A stretch of 64,000 nt of DNA from an uncultured Candidatus Poseidoniales archaeon. GTDB lineage: Archaea; Thermoplasmatota; Poseidoniia; Poseidoniales; Thalassarchaeaceae. The stretch spans positions 3,964 through 67,963 of the forward strand of contig CAXAFE010000012.1 of the NCBI GenBank assembly GCA_963968165.1, given 5' to 3'. Position 1 is the first letter of the stretch, and every line of letters starts with the position of its first letter. A program made the translations under genes and the position numbers. Shown in pieces: positions 18,757 through 27,921 of the stretch. The notes under the pieces are model-generated. The model was not told where the DNA came from. It ran no database searches and was given only the letters and a program-made list of their open reading frames with translations.

Positions 18757-20049
18757 GTGAAGTTCAAGTTAACTTCTAGACCGGAGGTGGTGAGAGTCAT
18801 GACAGAAAGGCAAGTTTCTGAGATCGAAATTTTCAATGGAGGATTTCAAAAACAGACTTTAGCATTGTTAGAAGCTGAAGATGAGCCAAAAAGAATAGAG
18901 CTCGTTCGTGCAGCTGTTGATCTTACAAAGGAAGCGACTAGAGCGATTAGTATCACTGCCTTAGAAACAATAAGAGAGGGGGCTATTTTCATGGGAGCAA
19001 TTGGTTCCAGAAGCGATTTAGTAAATCCTTTCAGATACATCGATGCTCCGATTTGGAAAGAATCTGAGGTTCCACCACATATGATAAAAACTGCATATGA
19101 ATATTGTGAAGAGTTGACTCGTAGAGAAGCTGGTAATTTCTATCATTCTTTCAAGTATCTTCCAGACTTGGAACGCAAATCTATTTGTGCGTATTATGCA
19201 TTTTGCCGCAGAGCAGATGATATTGCAGATGGAGATTTTATTGATATCTTTCCCGGAGGTTCATCAGATGATCCAGAGTCTATTGAATACAGATCAACTA
19301 TTGAAAATCTTAGTAAAGGAAAAGCAGTTTTAGATAGGAGTTCATATAATGATAAAATGTCACAATTATTCTATTACAGGAAGAAACTTTCCACAGCATA
19401 TGGAGATGTAACTTCCACAGACCCCATATTTATGGCAATCAAGGATACAGTCAATTCTTTTGGAATACCTAGGCAGTTGCTTGATGACATGGTTAGTGGC
19501 ATGGAAGATGATTTTCACATGAATCGGTATCAGAATTTTGAAGATTTGTATGCTTATTGCTACAGAGTTGCATCTACGGTTGGATTAGTTTGTATAGAAA
19601 TTTATGGATATGACAATATTAAAGCTAGAGAATATGCAGAATCTTGGGGTATTTTTATGCAATTAGTCAATATTCTAAGAGATGTAGCTGAAGATGCAAA
19701 GAGGAATAGAATATACTTACCTCTTGATGATTTATCAAGATATGGCATTGAAGCAGAAGATATACTGAATAATAATGATGTTGTTAATCACCCTGGATGG
19801 AGACCATTTGTTGAGGAATACATAGAAAGAGCAAATTCATACAGAGATAAAGCATTCAAATTACTTCCTCTATTAGATAAATCATCTAGATATTCTCCTG
19901 CTGCTATGGCTGCTTTTTACAGCTCAATTCTCAAAAAGATAAAGAAGAAGAATGGTGATGTATTTACTAGCAGAATACAATTATCAAAAACTGAGAAAAT
20001 TACACTTGCAGGTTATGTGTATATTAGATACAGATTTCTTGCAATCTAA
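18757..20049 (+). CDS. Squalene/phytoene synthase family protein, phytoene-synthase/HpnD-like, with ~100-aa N-terminal extension
   Basis: Motifs are AGNFYHSFKYLP...YAFCRRADDIADG, YCYRVASTVG and NILRDVAEDAKRNRIYLP. GTG start at 18757, with an alternative ATG at 18799. Confidence 0.8.
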   Translation: MKFKLTSRPEVVRVMTERQVSEIEIFNGGFQKQTLALLEAEDEPKRIELVRAAVDLTKEATRAISITALETIREGAIFMGAIGSRSDLVNPFRYIDAPIWKESEVPPHMIKTAYEYCEELTRREAGNFYHSFKYLPDLERKSICAYYAFCRRADDIADGDFIDIFPGGSSDDPESIEYRSTIENLSKGKAVLDRSSYNDKMSQLFYYRKKLSTAYGDVTSTDPIFMAIKDTVNSFGIPRQLLDDMVSGMEDDFHMNRYQNFEDLYAYCYRVASTVGLVCIEIYGYDNIKAREYAESWGIFMQLVNILRDVAEDAKRNRIYLPLDDLSRYGIEAEDILNNNDVVNHPGWRPFVEEYIERANSYRDKAFKLLPLLDKSSRYSPAAMAAFYSSILKKIKKKNGDVFTSRIQLSKTEKITLAGYVYIRYRFLAI

Positions 20050-20124
20050 AACATAGGTATCGAGATTAAACCCCAAAGAGATATAAAAATACTAAAATGA
20101 GGTGAGCTTATTAGAATTGCTGTT

Positions 20125-21879
20125 TTGATACAAGAAAGATGTAAGCCTAATAGTTCCGCATTTAACTATCTCCAAAAATACGCTGGCATGTGTGGAGGAG
20201 AATGTATTCAGGTTGAAGATAATAAATGTAAAATTCTTGAAGAAGCATGCCCCGTATGCTTTACACGAGCTAAGTTATGCCCCGGTGATGCTGTCAAAGT
20301 AATTAATCTTCCAGAAGAACTTGGTGCAGATATGACTCATAGATATAGTTTGAATGGATTTAGATTATTCAGACTTCCTACTCCAAGGCAAGATTCCGTA
20401 ATAGGAATACTTGGTCCAAATGGAATTGGAAAGTCTACCGCGATCAATCTTCTTTCTGGCGCAATTATGCCAAATTTAGGAGAATGGTTTGACCCTCCCG
20501 AGGATTGGGAAAGTATCATCCCAACATTTCCCCGTGGAGAATTGAGAGATTATCTCACTTTAGTATCTGAAGGTGAAATTAATATAGCAGTTAAGCCACA
20601 ATATATAGATAAATTACCAAAATTATGGGACGGAAAGGTAAGTGGACTATTAGCCAGAGTAAATGACGTGGGAGAATTAGAAAAATATGCGAAAATTACA
20701 GGAATAGAACATCTTCTTGAGCGAGAATTGAAAGATTTATCTGGAGGTGAATTACAAAGAGTAGCCATATGTGCTACAATTTTGAAAGATGCAGAAGTTT
20801 ACTTTTTTGATGAGCCCTCTTCATATCTAGACATTTATGAAAGGATGAGAATGGTAGAAATCATCCAAGATTTAGCTAATAGAGGAAAAAGAGTACTGGT
20901 AGTAGAGCATGATTTGGCCATTTTAGATGTTTTATGTGATATGTTACATATAATTTATGGAGACAGGGGTGCTTATGGAATATTCACTCCCTCAAGATCA
21001 ACAAGGGGGGCTATTAATGCATATCTTGATGGATTTCTACATGAAGAAAATGTACGTATAAGAGATAAACCAATTCAGTTCCTAAGGGGAAGGACACGCG
21101 GAGAAGAGATCGGACAGCCAATTATTCAGTGGGGAGATATGGAAAAAACATTAGGAGAATTTAAATTGATTACTGGAAAAGGCGAAGTAAAATCTGCAGA
21201 AGTTGTAGGAGTAGTTGGTCCAAATGCTACGGGTAAAACAACCATGGCTAAGTTGATTGCAGGGGAAATCGAACCAGATCAAGGATGGTGCACGACAGAT
21301 GCCAAAATATCCTATAAGCCTCAACATGTGAATACAGAATTTGAAGGCAGCGTTCAGAATTGGTTAGATACAGAAATAGGAATGAAATGGAGATCTGGAG
21401 AGTTCAATACTCAGGTAATAAGACCTTTGAAGATAGATAAAATGTTAGAATTGCAGGCACGAAGGCTATCAGGAGGAGAGTTGCAAGCAGTTAGTATAGC
21501 CATATGCTTAGGAAAGGAAGCAGATTTGTATTTATTTGATGAGCCGAGTGCACATCTTGATGCAAATGCTAGGATGGAAACTGCTAAGGCCATAAGAAGG
21601 ACTATGGAAAGTAATGAAAAGGCTGCATTTGTAATTGACCACGATATTTACTTCATAGATATTGTGAGTGATTCATTATTGGTTTTTGATGGCGTTGGGG
21701 GCAAAGAAGGGAATGCATTGGGGCCCTTGAGTCTAAGAAAGGGAATGAATAAATTTTTATCTAATGTCGACATAACATTCCGAAGAGATCATGATTCTCA
21801 TAGGCCAAGAATCAATAAACCAGGTAGTCGGAAGGATCGCGAACAGAAAATTGCCGGAGAGTACTTCTATGTTGAATAA
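20125..21879 (+). CDS. abce1: ABCE1/RLI ribosome-recycling ATPase
   Basis: Cys-rich N-terminal FeS domain. Two NBDs (GPNGIGKST and GPNATGKTT; LSGGELQRV and LSGGELQAV). The conserved N-terminal RIAV lies upstream of the annotated TTG, so the true start is probably 20107-20113 (non-ATG). Confidence 0.9.
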   Translation: MIQERCKPNSSAFNYLQKYAGMCGGECIQVEDNKCKILEEACPVCFTRAKLCPGDAVKVINLPEELGADMTHRYSLNGFRLFRLPTPRQDSVIGILGPNGIGKSTAINLLSGAIMPNLGEWFDPPEDWESIIPTFPRGELRDYLTLVSEGEINIAVKPQYIDKLPKLWDGKVSGLLARVNDVGELEKYAKITGIEHLLERELKDLSGGELQRVAICATILKDAEVYFFDEPSSYLDIYERMRMVEIIQDLANRGKRVLVVEHDLAILDVLCDMLHIIYGDRGAYGIFTPSRSTRGAINAYLDGFLHEENVRIRDKPIQFLRGRTRGEEIGQPIIQWGDMEKTLGEFKLITGKGEVKSAEVVGVVGPNATGKTTMAKLIAGEIEPDQGWCTTDAKISYKPQHVNTEFEGSVQNWLDTEIGMKWRSGEFNTQVIRPLKIDKMLELQARRLSGGELQAVSIAICLGKEADLYLFDEPSAHLDANARMETAKAIRRTMESNEKAAFVIDHDIYFIDIVSDSLLVFDGVGGKEGNALGPLSLRKGMNKFLSNVDITFRRDHDSHRPRINKPGSRKDREQKIAGEYFYVE

Positions 21880-21921
21880 AATAACCATCGAATTCTTGAA
21901 TGAAACGGTTGACGCAGTGTC

Positions 21922-22440
21922 ATGTCAGATGACTCTGAAGACATAGTTATGGAAAAGGAAGAAGAGCTTATTGAAGAGGAAATTGATCCCTTGGTTTCAA
22001 TGGCAGAAAAAATAAATGATTTGGAAAAGGAGTTACAATATTCTGCAGCAGAAATTATTAACATAAGACAAAGGTCAATCAGAGATAAAAACGAATTAAA
22101 TAAATATAGAAGTAGTACCTTGGCTATAAGATTATTCCCAATAATTGATAATTTAAAAAGGGCGATTAAAAGTACAATAAATGGAAAAAATATTTCTGAC
22201 TCCCTTATCGAGGGACTAAAGATGACATTGGATGGAATGGAAGATATACTCAAGGCGGAAGGAGTTGAGAAAATTAATATCGAAGATGATAAGTTTGATC
22301 CATCATATATGGAATCAATAGCATCAATATCTTGCCCCGAAGGCAAAAATCCAGGAGATGTTATTGAAATAATCGAAGAAGGTTATAAACTTCATGATAG
22401 AGTGTTGCGTGCGGCGAAGGTCATAGTTGCTGAAGGGTGA
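21922..22440 (+). CDS. grpE: Nucleotide exchange factor GrpE
   Basis: Acidic N-terminus and a coiled coil. C-terminal FDPSYMESI...GYKLHDRVLRAAKVIV matches the GrpE beta-domain pattern. Confidence 0.8.
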   Translation: MSDDSEDIVMEKEEELIEEEIDPLVSMAEKINDLEKELQYSAAEIINIRQRSIRDKNELNKYRSSTLAIRLFPIIDNLKRAIKSTINGKNISDSLIEGLKMTLDGMEDILKAEGVEKINIEDDKFDPSYMESIASISCPEGKNPGDVIEIIEEGYKLHDRVLRAAKVIVAEG

Positions 22441-22949
22441 AATTATTGTTAAAAATTATGAATTCAATTAGAGTTAAAGGTGTTTTATTTACTTTATTTA
22501 TTTATATTACCGCAATTATATCAATTCAATTAATTGCTCCTGATTCAGTAATTTATCCAGCTGAGTTTCCGGATAGTTGTCCTGAAAATTCCATGAATTG
22601 TACATACATAGGCTCTGTACCACATAGAGGAGATGGGAAAACTGAATTACGTTTTGATTCTAATTTTGATGAAGTAATTAATGGTGTAAAAGATTGGATA
22701 AATTTGCAACCTAGGACAGAAATTTTAGGAGAATGGGATAATCAAATTCATGCTGTTTTCAAGACATTGATTTGGAGATTTCCCGATGATTTTGCAATCA
22801 ATTTAAATTGTGAAAACGGTATTACTGTGATGTCCGTATATTCAAAATCAAGACTTGGTACTAGTGACCTAGGCGTAAATAATGATAGAGTAGAGGATTT
22901 CTCGGAACATATGTCAAATGTAGAATTATCTCCCTCGGAATGTAATTAA
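22437..22949 (+). CDS. DUF1499-like membrane-anchored protein
   Basis: N-terminal TM segment. WRFPDDF...SKSRLGTSDLGVNNDRVEDF resembles the DUF1499 signature. The GTG start overlaps the grpE stop. Confidence 0.5.
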   Translation: MKLLLKIMNSIRVKGVLFTLFIYITAIISIQLIAPDSVIYPAEFPDSCPENSMNCTYIGSVPHRGDGKTELRFDSNFDEVINGVKDWINLQPRTEILGEWDNQIHAVFKTLIWRFPDDFAINLNCENGITVMSVYSKSRLGTSDLGVNNDRVEDFSEHMSNVELSPSECN

Positions 22950-23008
22950 TTTATTTTGGAGATGATGAAATCGGAATAATCCATAGAGATATAACTAGAG
23001 CCAAGACT

Positions 23009-24028
23009 TTGCCTTCTGAATATTATACTGATGATACGATTTTTAAAAAAATAAAAGGACGAATGATGGAGGAATGGCATTTTTCAATTCACAAAAATGA
23101 GATATCAAATAATAATATAATCCCTATGAAAAATTCTCTGGAAATAATGGGGGAATCTATTGTTTTAGTGAAAGATGATGATATAAGAGCAATGTCTAAT
23201 GTTTGTACCCACAGGGGCATGATACTCAATACTGAAAATAATAATAGTAAAAATATGAAATGTAAATATCATGGTCGGAGTTTTACTTTGAAAGGTTGTA
23301 TACTTAATATGCCTGAATTTAAAGAGGTATTGGACTTTCCCAGTGAGATGGATAATTTAATTAATTTTCCAGTTCATATGTGGAAGGGTTTGTTATTTAT
23401 ATCTAGAATTGAAAAAGAACTTCCTCGGTGGTTAATAGAACTAGAAGATAGGTTAAGTTGGATGCCAATAGAGTCATTTAGATATGATAATTCTTATTAC
23501 AGGTCATATGATATTAAATCTAACTGGGCACTTTATGTTGATAATTATTTGGAAGGTTTTCATATACCATATGTTCATTCAGATCTTAATAAAATATTAG
23601 ATTATAATAATTATGAAACTGAATTATTTGAAGGAGGAGTTTTACAAATTGGAATTGCTAAAAAAGGAGAATCAATATTTAATTTGCCCCCAGAATCAAA
23701 GGATTATGGCAAGAATATAGCAGCATATTATTATTGGTTATTTCCAGGGATAATGATGAATTTCTATCCTTGGGGATTATCAGTAAATTTTGTTATTCCA
23801 ATGAGTATTGATAGTACAAAAATTGTTTATAAACGGTACATTTGGGATGAGGAATTGATTGGTAAAGGAGCAGGGGGAGATTTGGATAAAGTCGAAAAAG
23901 AGGATCAGGATATAGTAGAAGCTGTACAAAGGGGTGTATCGAGTAAATCATACACAAGAGGGAGATATTCTCCAACAATGGAAAAGGGAATTCATCACTT
24001 TCATAGGATTTTGACAAATTCTTTTTAG
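23009..24028 (+). CDS. Rieske [2Fe-2S] non-heme-iron oxygenase, alpha subunit (choline-monooxygenase-like)
   Basis: Rieske motif CTHRG...CKYHGRSF. The catalytic-domain block is NWALYVDNYLEGFHIPYVH. The frame stays open upstream to 22946, so the start is uncertain (TTG 23009). Confidence 0.8.
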   Translation: MPSEYYTDDTIFKKIKGRMMEEWHFSIHKNEISNNNIIPMKNSLEIMGESIVLVKDDDIRAMSNVCTHRGMILNTENNNSKNMKCKYHGRSFTLKGCILNMPEFKEVLDFPSEMDNLINFPVHMWKGLLFISRIEKELPRWLIELEDRLSWMPIESFRYDNSYYRSYDIKSNWALYVDNYLEGFHIPYVHSDLNKILDYNNYETELFEGGVLQIGIAKKGESIFNLPPESKDYGKNIAAYYYWLFPGIMMNFYPWGLSVNFVIPMSIDSTKIVYKRYIWDEELIGKGAGGDLDKVEKEDQDIVEAVQRGVSSKSYTRGRYSPTMEKGIHHFHRILTNSF

Positions 24029-24033
24029 AGTAT

Positions 24034-24291
24034 TTATCTTATTTTTATTACTCCAATTATGACCATCAATATGCATACTAATGCAGATATATTAGATATT
24101 ATTATTGCATAGGAAGAAACTAAGATACCATAAATAAGCCATAATAAAAGTGCTGCGGCTACTAACCAAAAAGTAGGTAGAGAAATGCCATCATGAGATT
24201 TATCTAACCATACCTTTCTAATTTGAGGTATCCATGCTATTACACCTAAAAAGCCCGCAAACAGGCCTATGGCTTCTATTGCAAAAGACAA
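24034..24291 (-). CDS. SemiSWEET / PQ-loop small membrane transporter
   Basis: 85 aa with three TM helices and the PQ motif (WIPQIRKVW). Confidence 0.7.
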   Translation of the reverse strand: MSFAIEAIGLFAGFLGVIAWIPQIRKVWLDKSHDGISLPTFWLVAAALLLWLIYGILVSSYAIIISNISALVCILMVIIGVIKIR

Positions 24292-24300
24292 TTAAATTCC

Positions 24301-25224
24301 TCATATATCATTTCTATCAACTTTTTTTCCTGAAGACCAATCATATATTCCAATATTAGTCTTTTTTCCAAGTTGACCTTTTCTTACTAAATTTTGAAGT
24401 AGAGGATGGGGCAAATATCCATCATCAGAAAATGACTTTGATAAGTTAGATAAAATGTCTGCCCTCACATCTAGACCAACTAGGTCAGATAGTTCCAGGG
24501 GCCCCATGGGGTGCCTATAGCCAAGCATCATTGCGGTATCGATATCACTAGCAGATGCAACGCCCTCTGCTAACATACGTATCGCTTCATTTCCCAGAAC
24601 TACGCCCAATCTACTTGTTGCAAATCCGGGAACATCATTGACCAATATTGTTTTTTTACCCATTTTTTTTCCAATCAATTCGGCAATTTTTATAGTTTCT
24701 TGGGAACAATCATCATGATGAACTATTTCTAAAAGTTTCATAATTGGAACAGGATTGAAAAAATGCATACCTATTACTCTATTAGGACAATTTGTACTAC
24801 TAGCTATTTCCGATATTGATAAACTTGAAGTATTGGTAGCTAAAATAGAATTTTTTGGTGCCAAACCCTCTATTTTGGAAAATAATTCTTTTTTTAAATC
24901 CATAATTTCTGGAATTGCTTCGATTATTAAATCGGATCCATCGACAGCGGTTGCAAGGTTGCTATGAGCTATCAAATTAGAATTCCATCTGATTTTTTCA
25001 TCTATGGATGTTTTGCCTAAAGTTATTCCTTTATCCCAAAAAGAGTTTATCCTAGAAATAGCACTTGTAAGACTTTTTTCATACGAGTCGAAAATTCTAG
25101 TCTCCCACCCGCACTGAGCAGAAATTTGGGCTATACCTGCCCCCATAGTTCCGGCTCCGATTACTGTGACCACTCTGACGTCCATATGCCTGACTTGGTA
25201 CTGTGGTCCATATGCATTACTCAA
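24301..25224 (-). CDS. 3-hydroxyacyl-CoA dehydrogenase (3-hydroxybutyryl-CoA dehydrogenase type)
   Basis: Rossmann VIGAGTMGAGIA, plus NTSSLSI, HFFNPVP and the C-terminal dimerisation domain pattern. Confidence 0.9.
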   Translation of the reverse strand: MSNAYGPQYQVRHMDVRVVTVIGAGTMGAGIAQISAQCGWETRIFDSYEKSLTSAISRINSFWDKGITLGKTSIDEKIRWNSNLIAHSNLATAVDGSDLIIEAIPEIMDLKKELFSKIEGLAPKNSILATNTSSLSISEIASSTNCPNRVIGMHFFNPVPIMKLLEIVHHDDCSQETIKIAELIGKKMGKKTILVNDVPGFATSRLGVVLGNEAIRMLAEGVASASDIDTAMMLGYRHPMGPLELSDLVGLDVRADILSNLSKSFSDDGYLPHPLLQNLVRKGQLGKKTNIGIYDWSSGKKVDRNDI

Positions 25225-25784
25225 TCTTGACGACCATAGGCGGCAAGGGCGGCTTGAAACAGTCTTTGTCTTGGAACATCATGTTCTAAGAAGCAAGTAA
25301 AGGGCGCAACATCCTTGAGTAATTCGATGGCACTTACGTATGCTCCATATATGAATGGGTCTGCGATATCTGTTGGAGGTATACTTATGCCTAATTTAAC
25401 AAGTCCTTTGCGCGTATCTTCATCCCATATCGCATAAGTATGATGTGTGAAATGTAAATAAGAAGATAATCTGTGAATATCAGATCTTGCATTTGATGTA
25501 AAACTATCGATTAATAATGTGTCAGGATATTTAATTGCATATAATGCTAGTTTTACTTCCCTTGTAGTTTCATCTTTCCATTCCCTATTTCCAAGTCCCA
25601 TCCAATTATCTATCATATCCAGCATATTATTATCATATGGCCTTTTAACCATATAAAGCAGCTTTTCATACTCATCAGGATTCTGTTGCTCAGAGTGATG
25701 ATGCTCGTAAAATAAATCTGTTAGATTATCAAAAAAGGGTTTACATTTTTCTTTATTAAAGGCTAGAAGCGATATATGTTGCAT
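25221..25784 (-). CDS. Hypothetical protein (His-rich), operonic with BoxB-like oxygenase
   Basis: 187 aa with no motif recognised. Overlaps the downstream dehydrogenase gene by 4 nt and lies 16 nt after the oxygenase gene. Confidence 0.5.
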   Translation of the reverse strand: MQHISLLAFNKEKCKPFFDNLTDLFYEHHHSEQQNPDEYEKLLYMVKRPYDNNMLDMIDNWMGLGNREWKDETTREVKLALYAIKYPDTLLIDSFTSNARSDIHRLSSYLHFTHHTYAIWDEDTRKGLVKLGISIPPTDIADPFIYGAYVSAIELLKDVAPFTCFLEHDVPRQRLFQAALAAYGRQD

Positions 25785-25800
25785 TTGCTCACCTTATCCC

Positions 25801-26952
25801 TTATTTTCCTTTCCATTCTCTATATTGAATCCAATCCTTTTTCATATAGTCATTCATGAGTTTTTCTTCATCTTCATCAGTCGGTAATACACTAATTAGA
25901 TAGTTTCCATATTCTTCATCTGTGCCCTCAAAACTTTCACCAGTTATAGTGTATTTTTCACCAGCATACATTCCTATTCCGCGATTAAATTTATCTGAGG
26001 GTATAAATAATTCGGGCTCTCCTTCTTTTCTTGCTGAGCTAATTCTACGCATTTCATCTCTTAATTCCTGGAAATATAAGTCTCTACTGGCTTCATTTAG
26101 ATGTTCTCTATCGGCGTCTATTTCACTCTCTCTTTCATCATACCTTCCCTTGACACCATAGACATAAGCCCATTGTGCACTAGTAGAGTCATCTGTTCCA
26201 AATAAATCTAATCCTGTGCTAATCCACTTATTCAAATATTTTTGGAGTAAAGCGCATGGTATTACTCCCTGCTTAACGATTCTCCTTAGCCCGTTTGCGC
26301 CTGTTCCAAGGTGGAATGATTCTTCCTTCAACATGGGACCCATTGAGGCAGCTAGGGGTTTGAAAGATGAGGTGCTCAGCATTTTTAGTTGGTATTTTCC
26401 ATCTCTATCTATGAAGTGAGTAAAGCAAAAGAAATCTAGCCAGTGATCTATCGGTGCATTGAAAGATCCTAGTATCCTAGTTCCCTCTTGCGCATTTCTC
26501 TCTAACAATTTGGAGGCTTCTCTAACTCCCTGTTCTCCAAAATATGTACAGAGGACATAGGCCATTTGCCATCCGTGGCGTTGCTCCTCGCACATAATTC
26601 GCAGGGCAGATTTTTTGTCGTATTCAGTAGGTGCTGTGTCAAGGAGGTGATTTTGTTGTTCTACGCTAGCAAACTCAGTATCCCCTTGTACTGATATCAT
26701 ACTAATTATTGCATCTCTAATATTTTGTTGGGGAATTTGCATGCGCCTTTCCCATTTCGGCATTCCTTCGAAGTCACCAAATTCGATTTGATTACCTGCT
26801 GTATCCCAGTCGAATTTGATATCAAATTTGTAATCTCCTAACCAAGACGGGTCAAAACCAATTCTTGTTTGCCAGTCATTAAAGTCATTAATCCATGCTT
26901 CAAAGTTGGTTGAATAATCTTCAACAATGTCTGTACGTGCCATCAGTTCCAC
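25801..26952 (-). CDS. Diiron (ferritin-like) oxygenase related to benzoyl-CoA oxygenase component B (BoxB) / PaaA family
   Basis: VQGDTEFASVEQQNHLLDTAP closely resembles the BoxB block TQGDTEPASVEQQRHL as I recall it. There are two ExxH-type diiron motifs, CEEQRHGW and KEESFHLG. At 383 aa it is shorter than BoxB as I recall it (~470 aa). Confidence 0.65.
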   Translation of the reverse strand: MELMARTDIVEDYSTNFEAWINDFNDWQTRIGFDPSWLGDYKFDIKFDWDTAGNQIEFGDFEGMPKWERRMQIPQQNIRDAIISMISVQGDTEFASVEQQNHLLDTAPTEYDKKSALRIMCEEQRHGWQMAYVLCTYFGEQGVREASKLLERNAQEGTRILGSFNAPIDHWLDFFCFTHFIDRDGKYQLKMLSTSSFKPLAASMGPMLKEESFHLGTGANGLRRIVKQGVIPCALLQKYLNKWISTGLDLFGTDDSTSAQWAYVYGVKGRYDERESEIDADREHLNEASRDLYFQELRDEMRRISSARKEGEPELFIPSDKFNRGIGMYAGEKYTITGESFEGTDEEYGNYLISVLPTDEDEEKLMNDYMKKDWIQYREWKGK

Positions 26953-27006
26953 CGAATAGTGATTAGTATAAAAATAAGTGTATGGAATGAGGAATAATAA
27001 ATTTTA

Positions 27007-27867
27007 TTATTTGCCCTTAAACCTGGGAGTTCTACGCTCAACATAGGAAGCTATGCCTTCCTTCGCATCCTCGGATTGGAATAAGTCTGATTGCAGTTCT
27101 CTCTCAAGGGCTAGGTGGGATTCTAAAGGAATTTCAATGCCACTTTGAACGCTTCTTTTGATATTACCGATTGCTTTTGCTGCAGCCAAGGGAAGTGTGA
27201 ATTGCCCAGCATAATCCAATACATCTGTTCTGAAGTCATCCAATCCTACGCTATCATAAATATCGTGAACTAAATCCATATCTCTCGCTTCTTCAAATGA
27301 AAATTTTCTACCGGTAACCATAATTTCCATGGCTCTTGCTTTACCAACTAAACGCGCTAATCTTGCTGTACCTCCAGTTCCAGCAAGAACTCCTAATGAG
27401 ACCTCAGGTAAACCAATTTGAAAATTTCCTTTATGTGCAATTCTTATGTCTGCAGCCATTGCAATTTCAAGTCCTCCGCCGACAGTATGGCCATTTAGAG
27501 CTGCAATGACTAATTTTGGAGTCTGTTCGAGCCTAGACAGAGTTTCATTTGCATGTAAACAAAAGAAATATTTGTATCTTGGAGATAGGGTATTGAGATA
27601 ATTTATACTAGCACCTGCTGAGAAAAATTTCTCACCATGCCCGGTGAGTAGAATTACTGAAACGTTTCCATCAAATCTAGCATCTAATATAGCATGATCT
27701 ATATCTTCCCACATCTCCCTAGTGTAAGTGTTAACGGGTGTTCTGGATTCGCTTAATGGTTTACCATCTGTATCTGATATGAGCTCAATAATTGCAATAC
27801 CATTATCGGTAACACCATAATTTACTAAATTATTAGGCATTGATTTTAGTTCGGGCCAAGATGTCAT
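27007..27867 (-). CDS. Enoyl-CoA hydratase/isomerase (crotonase) family protein
   Basis: Motifs are FFSAGASINYL, ALNGHTVGGGLEIAMAADIR and GLPEVSLGVLAGTGGT. I prefer ATG at 27867 over the track's TTG at 27900. Confidence 0.85.
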   Translation of the reverse strand: MTSWPELKSMPNNLVNYGVTDNGIAIIELISDTDGKPLSESRTPVNTYTREMWEDIDHAILDARFDGNVSVILLTGHGEKFFSAGASINYLNTLSPRYKYFFCLHANETLSRLEQTPKLVIAALNGHTVGGGLEIAMAADIRIAHKGNFQIGLPEVSLGVLAGTGGTARLARLVGKARAMEIMVTGRKFSFEEARDMDLVHDIYDSVGLDDFRTDVLDYAGQFTLPLAAAKAIGNIKRSVQSGIEIPLESHLALERELQSDLFQSEDAKEGIASYVERRTPRFKGK

Positions 27868-27921
27868 ATATGCGCCAGTATGATAAGTTATTTTAATCAA
27901 ACGGAAGATAGAGTACTGATA

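Noticed and set aside
22946-23008. N-terminal extension of the Rieske oxygenase
   Set aside because: The frame is open from 22946 and encodes ...ITRAKTLPSEYY, which resembles the usual N-terminus. But there is no ATG, GTG or TTG upstream of 23009, so I cannot support a longer CDS without comparative data.
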